A stretch of DNA of 64,000 nt from positions 64,001-128,000 of the forward strand of contig CAWHTE010000005.1 of assembly GCA_963832165.1 (NCBI GenBank), in the 5' to 3' direction. Within the stretch, counting starts at the first letter, position 1. The number at the start of each line of letters is the position of its first letter. This document shows positions 49,829 to 60,001 of this stretch, in pieces. Both the position numbers and the translations under genes were made by a program. The DNA comes from an uncultured delta proteobacterium (GTDB taxonomy: Bacteria; Myxococcota_A; UBA9160; SMWR01). The notes below the pieces were generated by a model, which did not search any database, was not told the DNA's origin, and was given only the letters and a program-made list of their open reading frames with translations.

Positions 49829-51406
49829 TTAGTTCACGCGGCGCTGGTGCCCCTTCCAATACGGCTCGCGCAACTCGGTCTTGAGGATCTTCCCCGACGG
49901 GTTGCGCGGCAGCGCCGCAATCCGATCCACCGAAGTCGGGCATTTGTACTTCGCGAGCCGCTCGCGGCAGTAGTCGATCAGCTCCTGGTCGCTCGCGACC
50001 CGATCCTGCGCATCCACCACGATCGCCTTCACCGTCTCGCCCCAGCGCTCGGACGGCACCCCGATCACCGCCACGTCCGCCACCGCGGGGTGGCTCATCA
50101 ACACGTTCTCGATCTCCGCGGGATAGATGTTCTCACCGCCCGACACGATCATGTCCTTCACGCGGTCGTGAATGAACAGGTATCCGTCGCGTAGATAGCC
50201 GGCGTCGCCCGTGCGGAACCAACCCCGCCCGTCGGCGCCGCGTCCTTCCGGGAATGCCTGCGCCGTCGCCTCCGGATTGCGCCAGTAGCCCTTCATGTTC
50301 TGTGCGCTGCGCACCCACACCTCGCCGACCTCTCCATCGGGAAGATCGCGGTGGCTCTCGGGGTCGACGATCCGGATGTCGACATCCCCCCACGCCCGAC
50401 CCGCCGAGCGCAACAGCGTCGCGCGCGGGCCACCCGGATCGTGGTCGCGCTCGAACAGCGCCACCACACCCCCCGTGGTCTCCGTGAGCCCATACGCCTG
50501 CACGAACCCACAGCCGAAGCGCTGCATCGATTGCACCAGCACCTCCTCGCTGATCGGCGACGCGCCGTACACGATCGTGCGCATCGATGAGTAGTCGACG
50601 CGCTCGACACCCGGCGTAGCGAGCAGTATCTGCAGCACCGCCGGCACGAAGAGCGCGTTCGTCACCCGGTACTCCGAGATCAGGCGCAGGACCTCCCCCG
50701 GCACCACCTCGCGCACGATGATGTTGATCGCGCCATTGCACAGCCCCGCCAGGCCCCACCCACTGCCCGCGATGTGGAACAGCGGCATCGCCACGAGATT
50801 CACGCTCTCGGTGTCGAACGACCACGTCTTCGCGCCGATCTCCATCGCCGTGAGAAAGTTGCGGTGGGTGAGCTCGACGCCCTTCGGAAGCCCGGTGGTG
50901 CCCGAGGTGTACAGCTGGAAGCAGGTCTCGTCGGGATCGCACGCGAGCATCGGGTCGGTGGCAGGCGCGTTGCGCTGCCAGTCCGCATAACCCACCTGCC
51001 CCGCCGCGGCCGGGCTCCCGAACACCACCACGCGCGAGACCTGCGGCAGGTTCATCTGCGCCACGTGGCCCAGGAACTCCTCGCCCACGAACAGCACCTT
51101 CGCCTGCGAGTGATCGAGGATGTACTCCATCTCCCGCGCGGCGAGCCGCCAGTTCACTGCGAGTGTCACCGCCCGAGCCATGGCCGCGCCGAACAGCACA
51201 GCGAAGAACTCCGGGCCGTTCTTGTCGAGGACCGCCACGCGGTCCTGCGGCCCCACCCCTTCCGCCGCGAGCATCTGCGCCACGCGCGCCGACTCGTCGC
51301 GGAGTTCGCGGTAGGTCCACACCCGATCGCCCGCGATCAGCGCACGGCGGTCCCCGCGCTCACGGGCATGGCTGCGCACGACGTCGGCGAGGCCGGCAAA
51401 CACCAT
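49829..51406 (-). CDS. Long-chain fatty acid--CoA ligase
   Basis: YTSGTTGLPKG, YGLTET, WFRTGD, DMIVSGGENIYPAE, SGKILK. Confidence 0.92.
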   Translation of the reverse strand: MVFAGLADVVRSHARERGDRRALIAGDRVWTYRELRDESARVAQMLAAEGVGPQDRVAVLDKNGPEFFAVLFGAAMARAVTLAVNWRLAAREMEYILDHSQAKVLFVGEEFLGHVAQMNLPQVSRVVVFGSPAAAGQVGYADWQRNAPATDPMLACDPDETCFQLYTSGTTGLPKGVELTHRNFLTAMEIGAKTWSFDTESVNLVAMPLFHIAGSGWGLAGLCNGAINIIVREVVPGEVLRLISEYRVTNALFVPAVLQILLATPGVERVDYSSMRTIVYGASPISEEVLVQSMQRFGCGFVQAYGLTETTGGVVALFERDHDPGGPRATLLRSAGRAWGDVDIRIVDPESHRDLPDGEVGEVWVRSAQNMKGYWRNPEATAQAFPEGRGADGRGWFRTGDAGYLRDGYLFIHDRVKDMIVSGGENIYPAEIENVLMSHPAVADVAVIGVPSERWGETVKAIVVDAQDRVASDQELIDYCRERLAKYKCPTSVDRIAALPRNPSGKILKTELREPYWKGHQRRVN

Positions 51407-51441
51407 GGGGGGCCACCTCCGGCCCCATCCTACACCCAGGC

Positions 51442-52698
51442 CTACGCCCCCGGGCGCGCGGGATGAACTCGATCCGGCGGCGCCAGAGGGGCACCCGGGT
51501 CGCGCTGTGCCGCGATCAGGTCGAGCATGAGGAGCAGGAACGTGGTGAGCCCGAACACGAAAGCGAGCACCACGAGCAGAGACGCGAGCAACGCGCGTGA
51601 CCAGTGCATCGTCACGTGTCCGGAGCGCAGATATTCGGCAACCCCAGGCGACGCGATCCACACCGCGCTGCCGAGCAGGATCGCCTCCGCGATCAGCCGA
51701 TTGCGCCGATTGAACAGCGACAGCGCAGAGCCCGTCACCCCCGCCTCCGCGCGCGCGCGCCCGTGCGCGGCCGACGCGATGCCCTCCGCCACCACTGCGG
51801 CCATCCCGACCACTGCCGAGGTCGTCGCGAACAACGACGCGAGCAGGAGCCGATAGATCATCCACTCGTGCAGCCGCCCCTCGCTCGCGTAGAACTGGAT
51901 CGGCTGCGCCGCCACCGAGAGCGCCACCACCGCGAGCGCCGCCGCGGCGAGCAACAGCGGCCGTGCGGGTCGATACGCCACCGCCGCCTGCACGATGCAC
52001 GTGAGGAAGCGCAGCCCATCGCGCAGCACGTGCAGCTTCGATCGCCCGACGCGCTCGGCATACGGCATGGGCAGCTCGACCATCCGCAGCTTCCCCTCGA
52101 GCAGCGCGCGGGCGCTCATCGCAGGTGTGAAGTGGAGTCCCGCGGGCAACGGGTACAGATCGCGCAGCGCCGACCGCCGGATCACGCGCATGCCGCTCGC
52201 GGTATCGCCGGGACGCTGCTTCGCGAGAATGCCGAGGATCAACGCGAACAGCGTGTTCCCGATCGCTCGAATGCGCGGCATCTCGCTATCGCGGCCCATG
52301 CGCGAGCCGAGCGCGAGATCCGCGCCCTCCGTCTCGATCGCACGCGCAAGCGTTCCGAAGAAACGCGGGTCGCACGTGCCATCGGCATCCATGAACCCGA
52401 GCAGCTCTCCGCGCGCGTGCGCAAACCCGCTCTGGATCGCTGCGCCATAGCCGCGGTTCGCATCGAACGCGAGCACGGTCACGGCCTCGATGCCGCGCGC
52501 AATCTCCTCGGTGCGGTCGGTCGAGCCATCGCTCACTGCGATGATCTCGACCGTGTCGAGTCCGGCCTCGGCGATGATCTGCGCGCGCGCCTCGCAGCAG
52601 CGGCGCAGCGTATCGCCGATCGCCTGCTCCTCGTCGAGAGCGGGCACCACGATCGTCAACATGGGTCGAGGCCCGATTTGAGATCCAGCCGCGGTCAT
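51442..52698 (-). CDS. Glycosyltransferase family 2 (polyprenol-phosphate sugar synthase-like) with C-terminal TMs
   Basis: VVPALDEE, DGSTD, NRGYGAA, MDADG, DTASGMR, RVGRSKL. Confidence 0.88.
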   Translation of the reverse strand: MTAAGSQIGPRPMLTIVVPALDEEQAIGDTLRRCCEARAQIIAEAGLDTVEIIAVSDGSTDRTEEIARGIEAVTVLAFDANRGYGAAIQSGFAHARGELLGFMDADGTCDPRFFGTLARAIETEGADLALGSRMGRDSEMPRIRAIGNTLFALILGILAKQRPGDTASGMRVIRRSALRDLYPLPAGLHFTPAMSARALLEGKLRMVELPMPYAERVGRSKLHVLRDGLRFLTCIVQAAVAYRPARPLLLAAAALAVVALSVAAQPIQFYASEGRLHEWMIYRLLLASLFATTSAVVGMAAVVAEGIASAAHGRARAEAGVTGSALSLFNRRNRLIAEAILLGSAVWIASPGVAEYLRSGHVTMHWSRALLASLLVVLAFVFGLTTFLLLMLDLIAAQRDPGAPLAPPDRVHPARPGA

Positions 52699-53378
52699 GA
52701 CCCCTTCACCGCCACCACGTAGTACTGCGCTCCCAGCGGCAGCGATGCGAACCACGGCTCCAGGAAGCGCAGCCAACGCAGCGCACGCGGAAACACGAAG
52801 AGAAAGCGCGGGCGCGAGGTGTGCGCGAAGCCGCCCTCGCGCAGCAGGCGCCGCACCTCGCCCGGACCCACCGGCACGGCGTCGCGGTCGAACTCGATCC
52901 GCGCCATCACCCAGCGCGTACCGGGGTTCCAGGGCGTGTTCTCCATCAGCGCGAAGCGCCCACCCGATACGAGCGCGCGGTGCAGCGTGCGCACCACGCC
53001 CAGGCGCTCTGCGGGTCGGATGTGATGAAAGACGCCGTTCGCATAACAGAGGTCGAACGCGTTCTCCTCCGCGAAGTCGCGCAGCAGCGCGAACCGCACG
53101 CGCTCGCCCCCATGCAGCCGCCGCGCGTGCTCGATCGCGTTGGGCGCCGTGTCCACGCCGAGCACCTGCGCGGCCGGAAACACCTGCGCGAGATGTGCGG
53201 CCGTGTCGCCGATGCCACATCCGAAGTCGAGCACGCGGCGCGGCTCGAAGCCGCCGAGCTGCGCGCGCAGATCCCGCACGCGCCCCGCCATGAAGTAGTC
53301 GCGGCTCTCACCCGAGAGCCGCAGCCCGCGCTCGAGCATGGCATCGTACTCGTGGCTCTTGTCGAATAGCCGCTCCAC
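52695..53378 (-). CDS. Class I SAM-dependent methyltransferase
   Basis: VLDFGCGIG, FDL...GVFHHI, LGAQY; overlaps GT2 start. Confidence 0.88.
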   Translation of the reverse strand: MERLFDKSHEYDAMLERGLRLSGESRDYFMAGRVRDLRAQLGGFEPRRVLDFGCGIGDTAAHLAQVFPAAQVLGVDTAPNAIEHARRLHGGERVRFALLRDFAEENAFDLCYANGVFHHIRPAERLGVVRTLHRALVSGGRFALMENTPWNPGTRWVMARIEFDRDAVPVGPGEVRRLLREGGFAHTSRPRFLFVFPRALRWLRFLEPWFASLPLGAQYYVVAVKGS

Positions 53379-53399
53379 CTCGCGCAGGATACCGGCGCC

Positions 53400-53876
53400 C
53401 TACTCGCCGCCAACACCACCGAGCGGGACCTCGGTGGTGTACTTGATCTGCTCCATCGCGAAGCTCGAGCTCACGTCGTGGAGCTCCGCGGTGCGGATCA
53501 GCTGCTTGTAGATCCGGTCGTAGTCGGCCACGTCGCGCGCGAGCACCTTGAGCAGGTAGTCGGTCTCGCCGCTCATGCGGTAGAGCTCGACCACCTCGGG
53601 AATCCGCCGCACGCCGCTCGCGAAGCGCTCGAGCCAGCTCTCGTTGTGCTGGTCGGTGCGAACGGACACGAACACGGTGAGCCCGACGCCGAGCTGCGCG
53701 GCGTCCACGATCGCGACGCGGCGCTGGATCACCCCCACGGCCTCGAGCCGCTTGATCCGCCGCCAGCACGGGTTCTGGCTGAGCCCGACGCGGCTCGCGA
53801 TCTGCTCGACCGGGCGCGCGGCGTCGCGCTGGAGCTCCTCGAGGATCCGGCGGTCGATCGAGTCGATTTTCACCAT
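53400..53876 (-). CDS. Lrp/AsnC family regulator, DecR-like
   Basis: DSIDRRIL, PCWRRIKRLE, YRMSGETDY, SSSFAMEQIKYTT. Confidence 0.9.
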   Translation of the reverse strand: MVKIDSIDRRILEELQRDAARPVEQIASRVGLSQNPCWRRIKRLEAVGVIQRRVAIVDAAQLGVGLTVFVSVRTDQHNESWLERFASGVRRIPEVVELYRMSGETDYLLKVLARDVADYDRIYKQLIRTAELHDVSSSFAMEQIKYTTEVPLGGVGGE

Positions 53877-54010
53877 GGCACCGCCCCCTTTCGATCATTT
53901 TCTCCCATGAATCTGCCAGAGGATGCATCACTTTGGGAGGTAGCCGGGTCTCCCAGGGTATACGTTTTGCCGATGTAACGGCTTTCCCGATGAAACGAGC
54001 TGGAGATCCC

Positions 54011-55180
54011 ATGGCCACCGCCCGCGGCTACGAGGACCCGGAGCGCTTCCGCTTCGCCGGCGCGATGGAAGGCGTCCCGGAGCCTGTCGTTCCGGGGCCC
54101 ATGGTTCCGGGGTTCATGGGTTGGCGCGTGCATCCCGCGGTCCCCCTGCTTCCGGGAATCGCGCTCGCCGCGGTCCTGGCGCTGCTCGCGGTGGCCGCGA
54201 GCGACTGGATCGGCGTGACATGGCTCGGCTTCGCACAGAGCCCGGTCCCGCCCGCACTCGTGGCCATCACGCTCGGGCTCGCGATCCGCAACGCGATCGG
54301 ACTGCCCGCCACCTACGACCCGGGGCTGCGCTTCTGCGTCCAGCGCGTGCTGCGCGTCGGTGTCGCGCTGCTCGGTCTGCGCCTCTCGCTCGCGGCGGTC
54401 GGCGAGATCGGCCTCTCCGCACTGCCGATCGTCGCGGCCTGCATCGCCACCGCGCTCGCGCTCGTGGCGCTCGTGACGCGCTGGCTCGGACTGCCCGCGC
54501 GCCTGGGCACTCTGATCGCCGTGGGCACCGCGATCTGCGGCAACAGCGCCATCGCGGCGACCGGCCCCGCGATCGGAGCGCGCGATGACGAGGTGAGCTA
54601 CGCGGTGGGCTGCGTCACGCTCTTCGGCCTGTTCGCGCTGATCGCCTATCCGTTCCTGTCGCAGATCCTGTTCGCGGGCGATCCGCACCTCGCGGGCCTG
54701 TTCCTCGGCGCCGCGATCCACGACACCGCACAGGTCGCGGGCGCGGGCACACTCGCCGCGCAGCACCTCGGCAACCCCACGGTGCTCGAGACCGCGGCGG
54801 TCACGAAGCTGCTGCGCAACGCGTTCATGATCGTCGTGGTGCCGGGCGCAGCGTGGTGGCACCAGCGCGGCATCGCGGGCGCACGCGTACGCATGCCGCG
54901 TCTCACCCAGGCCGTGCCGCTCTTCGTGATCGGCTTCCTCGCGCTCGCGCTGCTGCGCACGCTCGCGGATCTCTCCGGCGGCGAGCCCGTGCAGCGCCTG
55001 ATCGCTTCAGGGCTCTCGCTCTCCGCGATCTGCCTCGCGGTCGCGATGGCCGCGATCGGGCTCGGCACCAATCTGCGCAAGTTGCGCGGGCTCGGCCTGC
55101 GTCCGCTCGCGGTCGGGTTCGCGGCCGCGCTCACGGTCGGCGCCGTGGCGATTGCGCTGATCCGGGTCACCGCTTCGTAG
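54011..55180 (+). CDS. YeiH/UPF0324 putative sulfate exporter family membrane protein
   Basis: LRVGVALLG, GTAICGNSAI, GAAIHDTAQV, KLLRN, MAAIGL. Confidence 0.9.
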   Translation: MATARGYEDPERFRFAGAMEGVPEPVVPGPMVPGFMGWRVHPAVPLLPGIALAAVLALLAVAASDWIGVTWLGFAQSPVPPALVAITLGLAIRNAIGLPATYDPGLRFCVQRVLRVGVALLGLRLSLAAVGEIGLSALPIVAACIATALALVALVTRWLGLPARLGTLIAVGTAICGNSAIAATGPAIGARDDEVSYAVGCVTLFGLFALIAYPFLSQILFAGDPHLAGLFLGAAIHDTAQVAGAGTLAAQHLGNPTVLETAAVTKLLRNAFMIVVVPGAAWWHQRGIAGARVRMPRLTQAVPLFVIGFLALALLRTLADLSGGEPVQRLIASGLSLSAICLAVAMAAIGLGTNLRKLRGLGLRPLAVGFAAALTVGAVAIALIRVTAS

Positions 55181-55190
55181 AGTTCCAGTT

Positions 55191-56494
55191 CTAGAGCTCG
55201 CGCCGGAACGGCCGCATGATCCAGTTCACGGCCTTCTGGCGCCAGGGCCGGTTCTGCCAGTCCTCGTACGTGAACTGCTTCGCGCGTTCGAGGTCGTCCG
55301 CGAAGATCCGCGCCTGCTCCGCTGCGAACCGTCGACCGAACACGTTCACATTGATCTCGTCGTCGAGCTGAAACGAGCGGTTGTCGAAGTTGGTCGACCC
55401 GAGCGATGTGAAGGCATCGTCGACGATCATCACCTTGCAGTGGAACATCGTCGGTTGGTAGCGATGGATCTCGACGCCCGCGCGCAGCAGGTCGCCCCAG
55501 AGCGCGGGCGACGCGGCCTTCACGAGCGCGCTGTCCAGGTGCTTGCCCGGCACGATGACCTGGACCTTCACGCCGCGCTCGGCGGCCTGCACGAGTGATT
55601 TGATCGTCCCCGGATTGGGCACGAAGTAGGCGCTCGACACCTTGATCGAGCGCCGCGCCGAGGCGATCGCGATCCGGTACATGAGCTCGATGTTCTCGGT
55701 CGCCTCCTGCGGCGACCCCTGGAACACGTGTGCGCGATGCAGGCCGGTCCTTGCGAGCGCGGGGAAGTACGCATCCCCGTGCAGGAGCTCGCCGCCCGAC
55801 TCGAGCCAGTTGACCACGAAGACGGCCTGCAGCTGCGCGACCACGGGGCCCGTCACGCGAAAATGGGTGTCGCGCCAATGCTCGGGGGAGCCGCGTCTCC
55901 GAGCCATTCGTCGGCGATCCCGACGCCGCCCGTGAAGCCGACCTCTCCATCGACGACGAGGATCTTGCGGTGCGTGCGGTCTTCGACGTTGGCCAGCGCT
56001 CGCCATCGCGTCGGGTCGTACCACGGCAGCTCGTGGTAGAGATTGACCTCGACGCCGGCCGCCTTCATGCGCTCGAGATGGTCCGCGGTCTTGCGCGCGC
56101 TGCCGATCCAATCGATCACCACGTGCGTCGGGACGCCGGCCCGCGCGCGCTCGGCGAGCGCATCGGTGAACTGATTGGCGACTTCTCCATCCCAGTACAC
56201 GAAGGTCTCGAACGTGATCGAGCGCTTCGCCGCACGGATCGCCCGCAGCATCGCCGGGAAGATCTCGTCGCCGTTGCGCAGCGTCTCCACGCGGTTGCCG
56301 CGGACCACCTGCGATCCCAGCAGGTGGCCCACGGCGCGCTCGAACTGCGGGCTGTCCACGGGATAGGTGTGCTCGATCTCGAAGTGCGGGTCGTTGGGCC
56401 GCAGCATCGGGATGTCGCGGATCACGGGACCCGTGCATCCGAGCGCGAGCCCGGCAGCCAGGAGCAGGAGAAACGCAGCGGCGCGGCTATGCAT
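55191..56494 (-). CDS. Cardiolipin synthase-like phospholipase D, one frameshift near 55890
   Basis: LRNGDEIFP, RTHRKILVVDG, GGVGIADEW in one frame; WRDTH, MFHCKVMIVDD, GSTNFDNRSF in the next. Confidence 0.85.
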
Positions 56495-57407
56495 GGCCAC
56501 CGAGCCGCCCGCGCACCTCGGCCACGCCATCGATCGCTCGCTCCGGCGACTCGGCCACGGCCATCACGTTGAAATCGCGCGCACCCGCGTCGCAGTACGG
56601 CGCCAGGAAATCTGCAATCCGCGCGGGCTCGCCGTACGGGCAGTACTTCTCGAATCGCTCGAAGGGAATCCGATACATCCCTTCCATTACTCGGGAAAGT
56701 CGCTCGCGCGCCGCCGCGCGATCGGCGTCGAGCCCCACCCATACCTGGAGCCCGTGCCGCCACGCGACGCCGCGCCCCGCCCCTTCGGCCTCCACCTCCG
56801 CGCGCGCCTCCGAGAAACGCCGCGGCGAGCACCACACACCGAGCCAGCCATCCCCGAGTCGGCCCGCGCGGCGCAGCGCGGCGCTCGAGCGTCCACCCAC
56901 CACGATCGGCACGGGCGGGTCCGGTGCGGGCCGGATCCAGGCCTGCTCGAACGCGAAGAACTCGCCCTGATGACTGACCGGCTCGCCGCGCAACAACGCG
57001 CGCAGCGCCGCGAGCGACTCGTCGGTGCGGCGCCCGCGCGTCTTCGGATCGACGCCGCAGATCTCGATCTCGCGGCGATCCTCTCCGCCGACGCCCACAC
57101 CGAGCACGAGCCGGCCCGGCGCCGCCTCGCACAGCGTCGCGATCTGGCGCGCCACCGTCACGGGATGCCGCAGCGCGAGCAGGTACACACCGATGTGCAC
57201 GGCGATCTCGGGTGCGAGTGCCGCGATCATCGCCGCCTGCACGAGCCCGTCCATCCCGAAGCCCGTGTGGAAGCTCACGTGGTCGGCCACGAACACGTGG
57301 TCGAGCCCCGCGCCCTGCGCGCGCAGCGCGAGTGCCCGCCGTGTGTCGAGCGGCCCGACCTCCACGTGGATCCCGACGCGCACGCGCTCCTCGCGCTCGT
57401 GCGTCAC
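56487..57407 (-). CDS. LLM class flavin-dependent oxidoreductase
   Basis: FVADHV, LRHPVTVARQIATL, GRLVLGVGVG, RGRRTDE, RRAGRLGDGW. Confidence 0.9.
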   Translation of the reverse strand: MTHEREERVRVGIHVEVGPLDTRRALALRAQGAGLDHVFVADHVSFHTGFGMDGLVQAAMIAALAPEIAVHIGVYLLALRHPVTVARQIATLCEAAPGRLVLGVGVGGEDRREIEICGVDPKTRGRRTDESLAALRALLRGEPVSHQGEFFAFEQAWIRPAPDPPVPIVVGGRSSAALRRAGRLGDGWLGVWCSPRRFSEARAEVEAEGAGRGVAWRHGLQVWVGLDADRAAARERLSRVMEGMYRIPFERFEKYCPYGEPARIADFLAPYCDAGARDFNVMAVAESPERAIDGVAEVRGRLGGHA

Positions 57408-58540
57408 AGCTGCGTGATGTCCGTCTCGAGCCCCAGGAGCAGCCGGCCCGTGAGCTCGAGCGTGGCAGCGCTCACCATCATGTGCTGCGTCGCCACGTGC
57501 ACGTCGCGGAACACCCGCTGCAGCGGCGAGCGGTGGTACACCGACGTCCCACCTCCGAGGTCGTACATCAGGTCCACCGCGTCCGCGCACGCGCGCGTGG
57601 CGTGCGTGGTGGCGAGCCGCACATCGCGCCGGTGCTCCGCTTCGATCCGCCCGTGCGCGCACGCGTTCTCCCACGCGCGCTCGATCGCCTCGTAGTAGAA
57701 CGCGCGCGCCGAGCGCAGCAGCGCCTCCGCGCGCGACACGTCGCTCTGCGTCGCGGCACGCGCGGCGAGCGGCCTCGCACTGCCCTGCGGCGTCTTCCCA
57801 CCCGCGATCTCCACGAGCGCGTCGATCGCTGCACGCGCGAGCCCGAGCGCGACGGCGGCAATTCCCATCGCGAGCAGTCCGAACTGCGGAAACGCGTAGA
57901 GCGGCCGCTCGAGCGGCCCATCGACGCCGATCCCGACCGCCCTCGCGTCGGGAACGAACAGGTTGTTCATCGCGAAGTCGGTGCTGCCCGTGCCGCACAG
58001 CCCCGAGACGTGCCAGGTGTCGAAGAACTCGATCTCGGTCGCGGGCGCAATCATCATGCGCGACCGCGGCGTGCCGTTGCGCAGGAGCTCCGGCTGTCCG
58101 TCGCGGATCACCTCGCAGCCGCCCATCACCCAGTCCGCGTTCTGCGTGCCCGACCCCCACTGCCAGCGGCCGTTCACGCGGAACCCGCCCGGCTCCGCAA
58201 CCGCCTTGCCGCGCGGCGCGAACACGCCGCCCAGCAGCACCTCGGGCTTGTGGAACAGCGCGCGCGCCGAATCGGGCGGCAGCAGCGCGAGCACCGTTCC
58301 CGAGGTCGCACCGATGAATACGCACCACGCCGACGATCCATCCGCCTGCGCGAGCGTCTCGATCGTGTACATCGTGTCCGAGGGCGGCAGCTCGAGACCG
58401 CCGTACACCTCGGGCACGCACATGCGATAGAACCCCGCGCGCGCAAAGCTCGCCGAGAGGTCCGCTGGAATCCGGCGCGCGCGCTCGATCTCGTCCCCGC
58501 GCGCGCGCAGCTCGCCCCTCATCGCGCGCGCTGCAGTCAC
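57404..58540 (-). CDS. Acyl-CoA dehydrogenase-fold flavin monooxygenase (HsaA-like)
   Basis: VPEVYGG, ADGSSAW, GRWQWGSG, DTWHVSGLCGTGS, LQRVFRDVH; start uncertain. Confidence 0.85.
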   Translation of the reverse strand: MTAARAMRGELRARGDEIERARRIPADLSASFARAGFYRMCVPEVYGGLELPPSDTMYTIETLAQADGSSAWCVFIGATSGTVLALLPPDSARALFHKPEVLLGGVFAPRGKAVAEPGGFRVNGRWQWGSGTQNADWVMGGCEVIRDGQPELLRNGTPRSRMMIAPATEIEFFDTWHVSGLCGTGSTDFAMNNLFVPDARAVGIGVDGPLERPLYAFPQFGLLAMGIAAVALGLARAAIDALVEIAGGKTPQGSARPLAARAATQSDVSRAEALLRSARAFYYEAIERAWENACAHGRIEAEHRRDVRLATTHATRACADAVDLMYDLGGGTSVYHRSPLQRVFRDVHVATQHMMVSAATLELTGRLLLGLETDITQL

Positions 58541-58551
58541 GGTATCGACGG

Positions 58552-59211
58552 TTACTTCGCGCCCCACTCCGCTCCCCAACGATCCGAAAACGCGAGCTTC
58601 GCGACCGGCCGGCGCGAGAGCGGGCCGTGCCCTCCTCGGAGCGGGTACCCGATCGGCACCGCCGCCGCGGTGGCCCACGGCTGCGGAATCTCGAGCAGCG
58701 CACGCACCTCGGGCTCGGCCTCGCACAAGAGCGTCGTGAGCACACAGCCGAGCCCTTCGGCGCGGCACGCGAGCAGCGCGTTCTCGACCGCGGTGTAGAT
58801 CGACGCCCCGCCGACCACCGAGACGCGGTCCTGCGCGAGATCGGTGATCACCATCATCTTGGGATTGAAGCAGAACACGAGCACGACGGGCGTGTCGGCG
58901 AAGTGCTCGGCGAGGTAGTCGCCCGACTCGACCATGCCCAGGGTGCGCTTGCGCAGCGCCTCGGGCGCGCCCTCGAGCTGCGCTATGTGCGCCTTCGAGT
59001 ACGCAAACCAGCGCACCGAGTAGAGATCGCCCAGGCGCCGCACGAGTTCGCGATCGCGCACCGCGATCACGCGCCACGGCTGTACGTTGCCGCCCGTCGG
59101 CGCCCAGCTCGCCGCCTCGATCACGCGCTCGAGCACGGGCTCCGGGATCGGGTCCGGCCGCAGCCGCCGCACCGCGCGCAGCGTGCTCATCGCCTCGTAG
59201 ACATCCACCAT
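58552..59211 (-). CDS. Nitroreductase family protein
   Basis: LRAVRRLRPDP, APTGGNVQPW, ENALLACRAEGLG, VPIGYP. Confidence 0.9.
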   Translation of the reverse strand: MVDVYEAMSTLRAVRRLRPDPIPEPVLERVIEAASWAPTGGNVQPWRVIAVRDRELVRRLGDLYSVRWFAYSKAHIAQLEGAPEALRKRTLGMVESGDYLAEHFADTPVVLVFCFNPKMMVITDLAQDRVSVVGGASIYTAVENALLACRAEGLGCVLTTLLCEAEPEVRALLEIPQPWATAAAVPIGYPLRGGHGPLSRRPVAKLAFSDRWGAEWGAK

Positions 59212-59212
59212 C

Positions 59213-60001
59213 TCATCGCCCCTTGAAGACCGGAGTTCGTTTCTCGCGCAGCGCCGCGAGCGCCTCGCGGTGGTCTTCGCTCTGGAACGTCACGATCTCG
59301 AGCGCCATCGCGGTGTCGAATGCGGTGTTGAGCGCATCCTTCACGAGCTTGTTCACGGCCTGCTTCGTGTAGCGCACCGCGAGCGGCGCACCGGCCGCGA
59401 GCCGCGCTGCAAACGCGAGCGCCTCCGCCTCGAGATCTGCGGCCGGCACCACGCGGTTCACGAGCCCCATCGCGAGCGCCTCCGCGGCCGTCACCGGATC
59501 GCCCGTGAGCAGGTACTGCTTCGCGCGCGCGGGCCCGAGCACGAGCGGCCAGATCGCCGTGCCGCCGTCGCCCGCGACGATTCCCACCCGCACGTGCGGG
59601 TCGGCGATCGTGGCCGTATCGGCCATGAAGATCGCATCGCACAGGAGCGCGAGCGAAGCGCCCAGACCCACCGCGGGTCCGTTCAGCGCCGCCACGATCG
59701 GCAGCTCCACGTCGAGCAGATCCCAGATGATCTGCTTCCCGTCGCGGCGCAGGTGATCGAGCTTCTCGAGATCGTCGAGCGTGGGGAACCAGCGGAAATC
59801 GCCGCCCGCGCTGAACGCGCGCCCGCGCCCGACGAGCAACACCGCGCGCGCCTCGGACTCTCGCTTGAGGTCGCGAAACAGCTGCGCGAACTCGCCGTGC
59901 AGCAGCCCGTCGACCGTGTTCAGCTCGCTCGTCGGATGCGCGATCGCCACGCGCAGCACGTCGCCGACGCGGTCGAACTGGAGCGCGCGATAGTCCGCCA
60001 T
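59213..60001 (-). CDS. Enoyl-CoA hydratase/isomerase family protein
   Basis: AFSAGGD, AALNGPAVGLG, DPHVRVG, EKRTPVFKGR. Confidence 0.92.
   Translation of the reverse strand: MADYRALQFDRVGDVLRVAIAHPTSELNTVDGLLHGEFAQLFRDLKRESEARAVLLVGRGRAFSAGGDFRWFPTLDDLEKLDHLRRDGKQIIWDLLDVELPIVAALNGPAVGLGASLALLCDAIFMADTATIADPHVRVGIVAGDGGTAIWPLVLGPARAKQYLLTGDPVTAAEALAMGLVNRVVPAADLEAEALAFAARLAAGAPLAVRYTKQAVNKLVKDALNTAFDTAMALEIVTFQSEDHREALAALREKRTPVFKGR

Noticed and set aside
39088..57407. Bioluminescence (lux) system suggested by a LuxD-like domain plus a luciferase-like gene
   Set aside because: No luxC or luxE; the LLM gene is 15 kb away in an unrelated operon and looks like a generic LLM oxidoreductase
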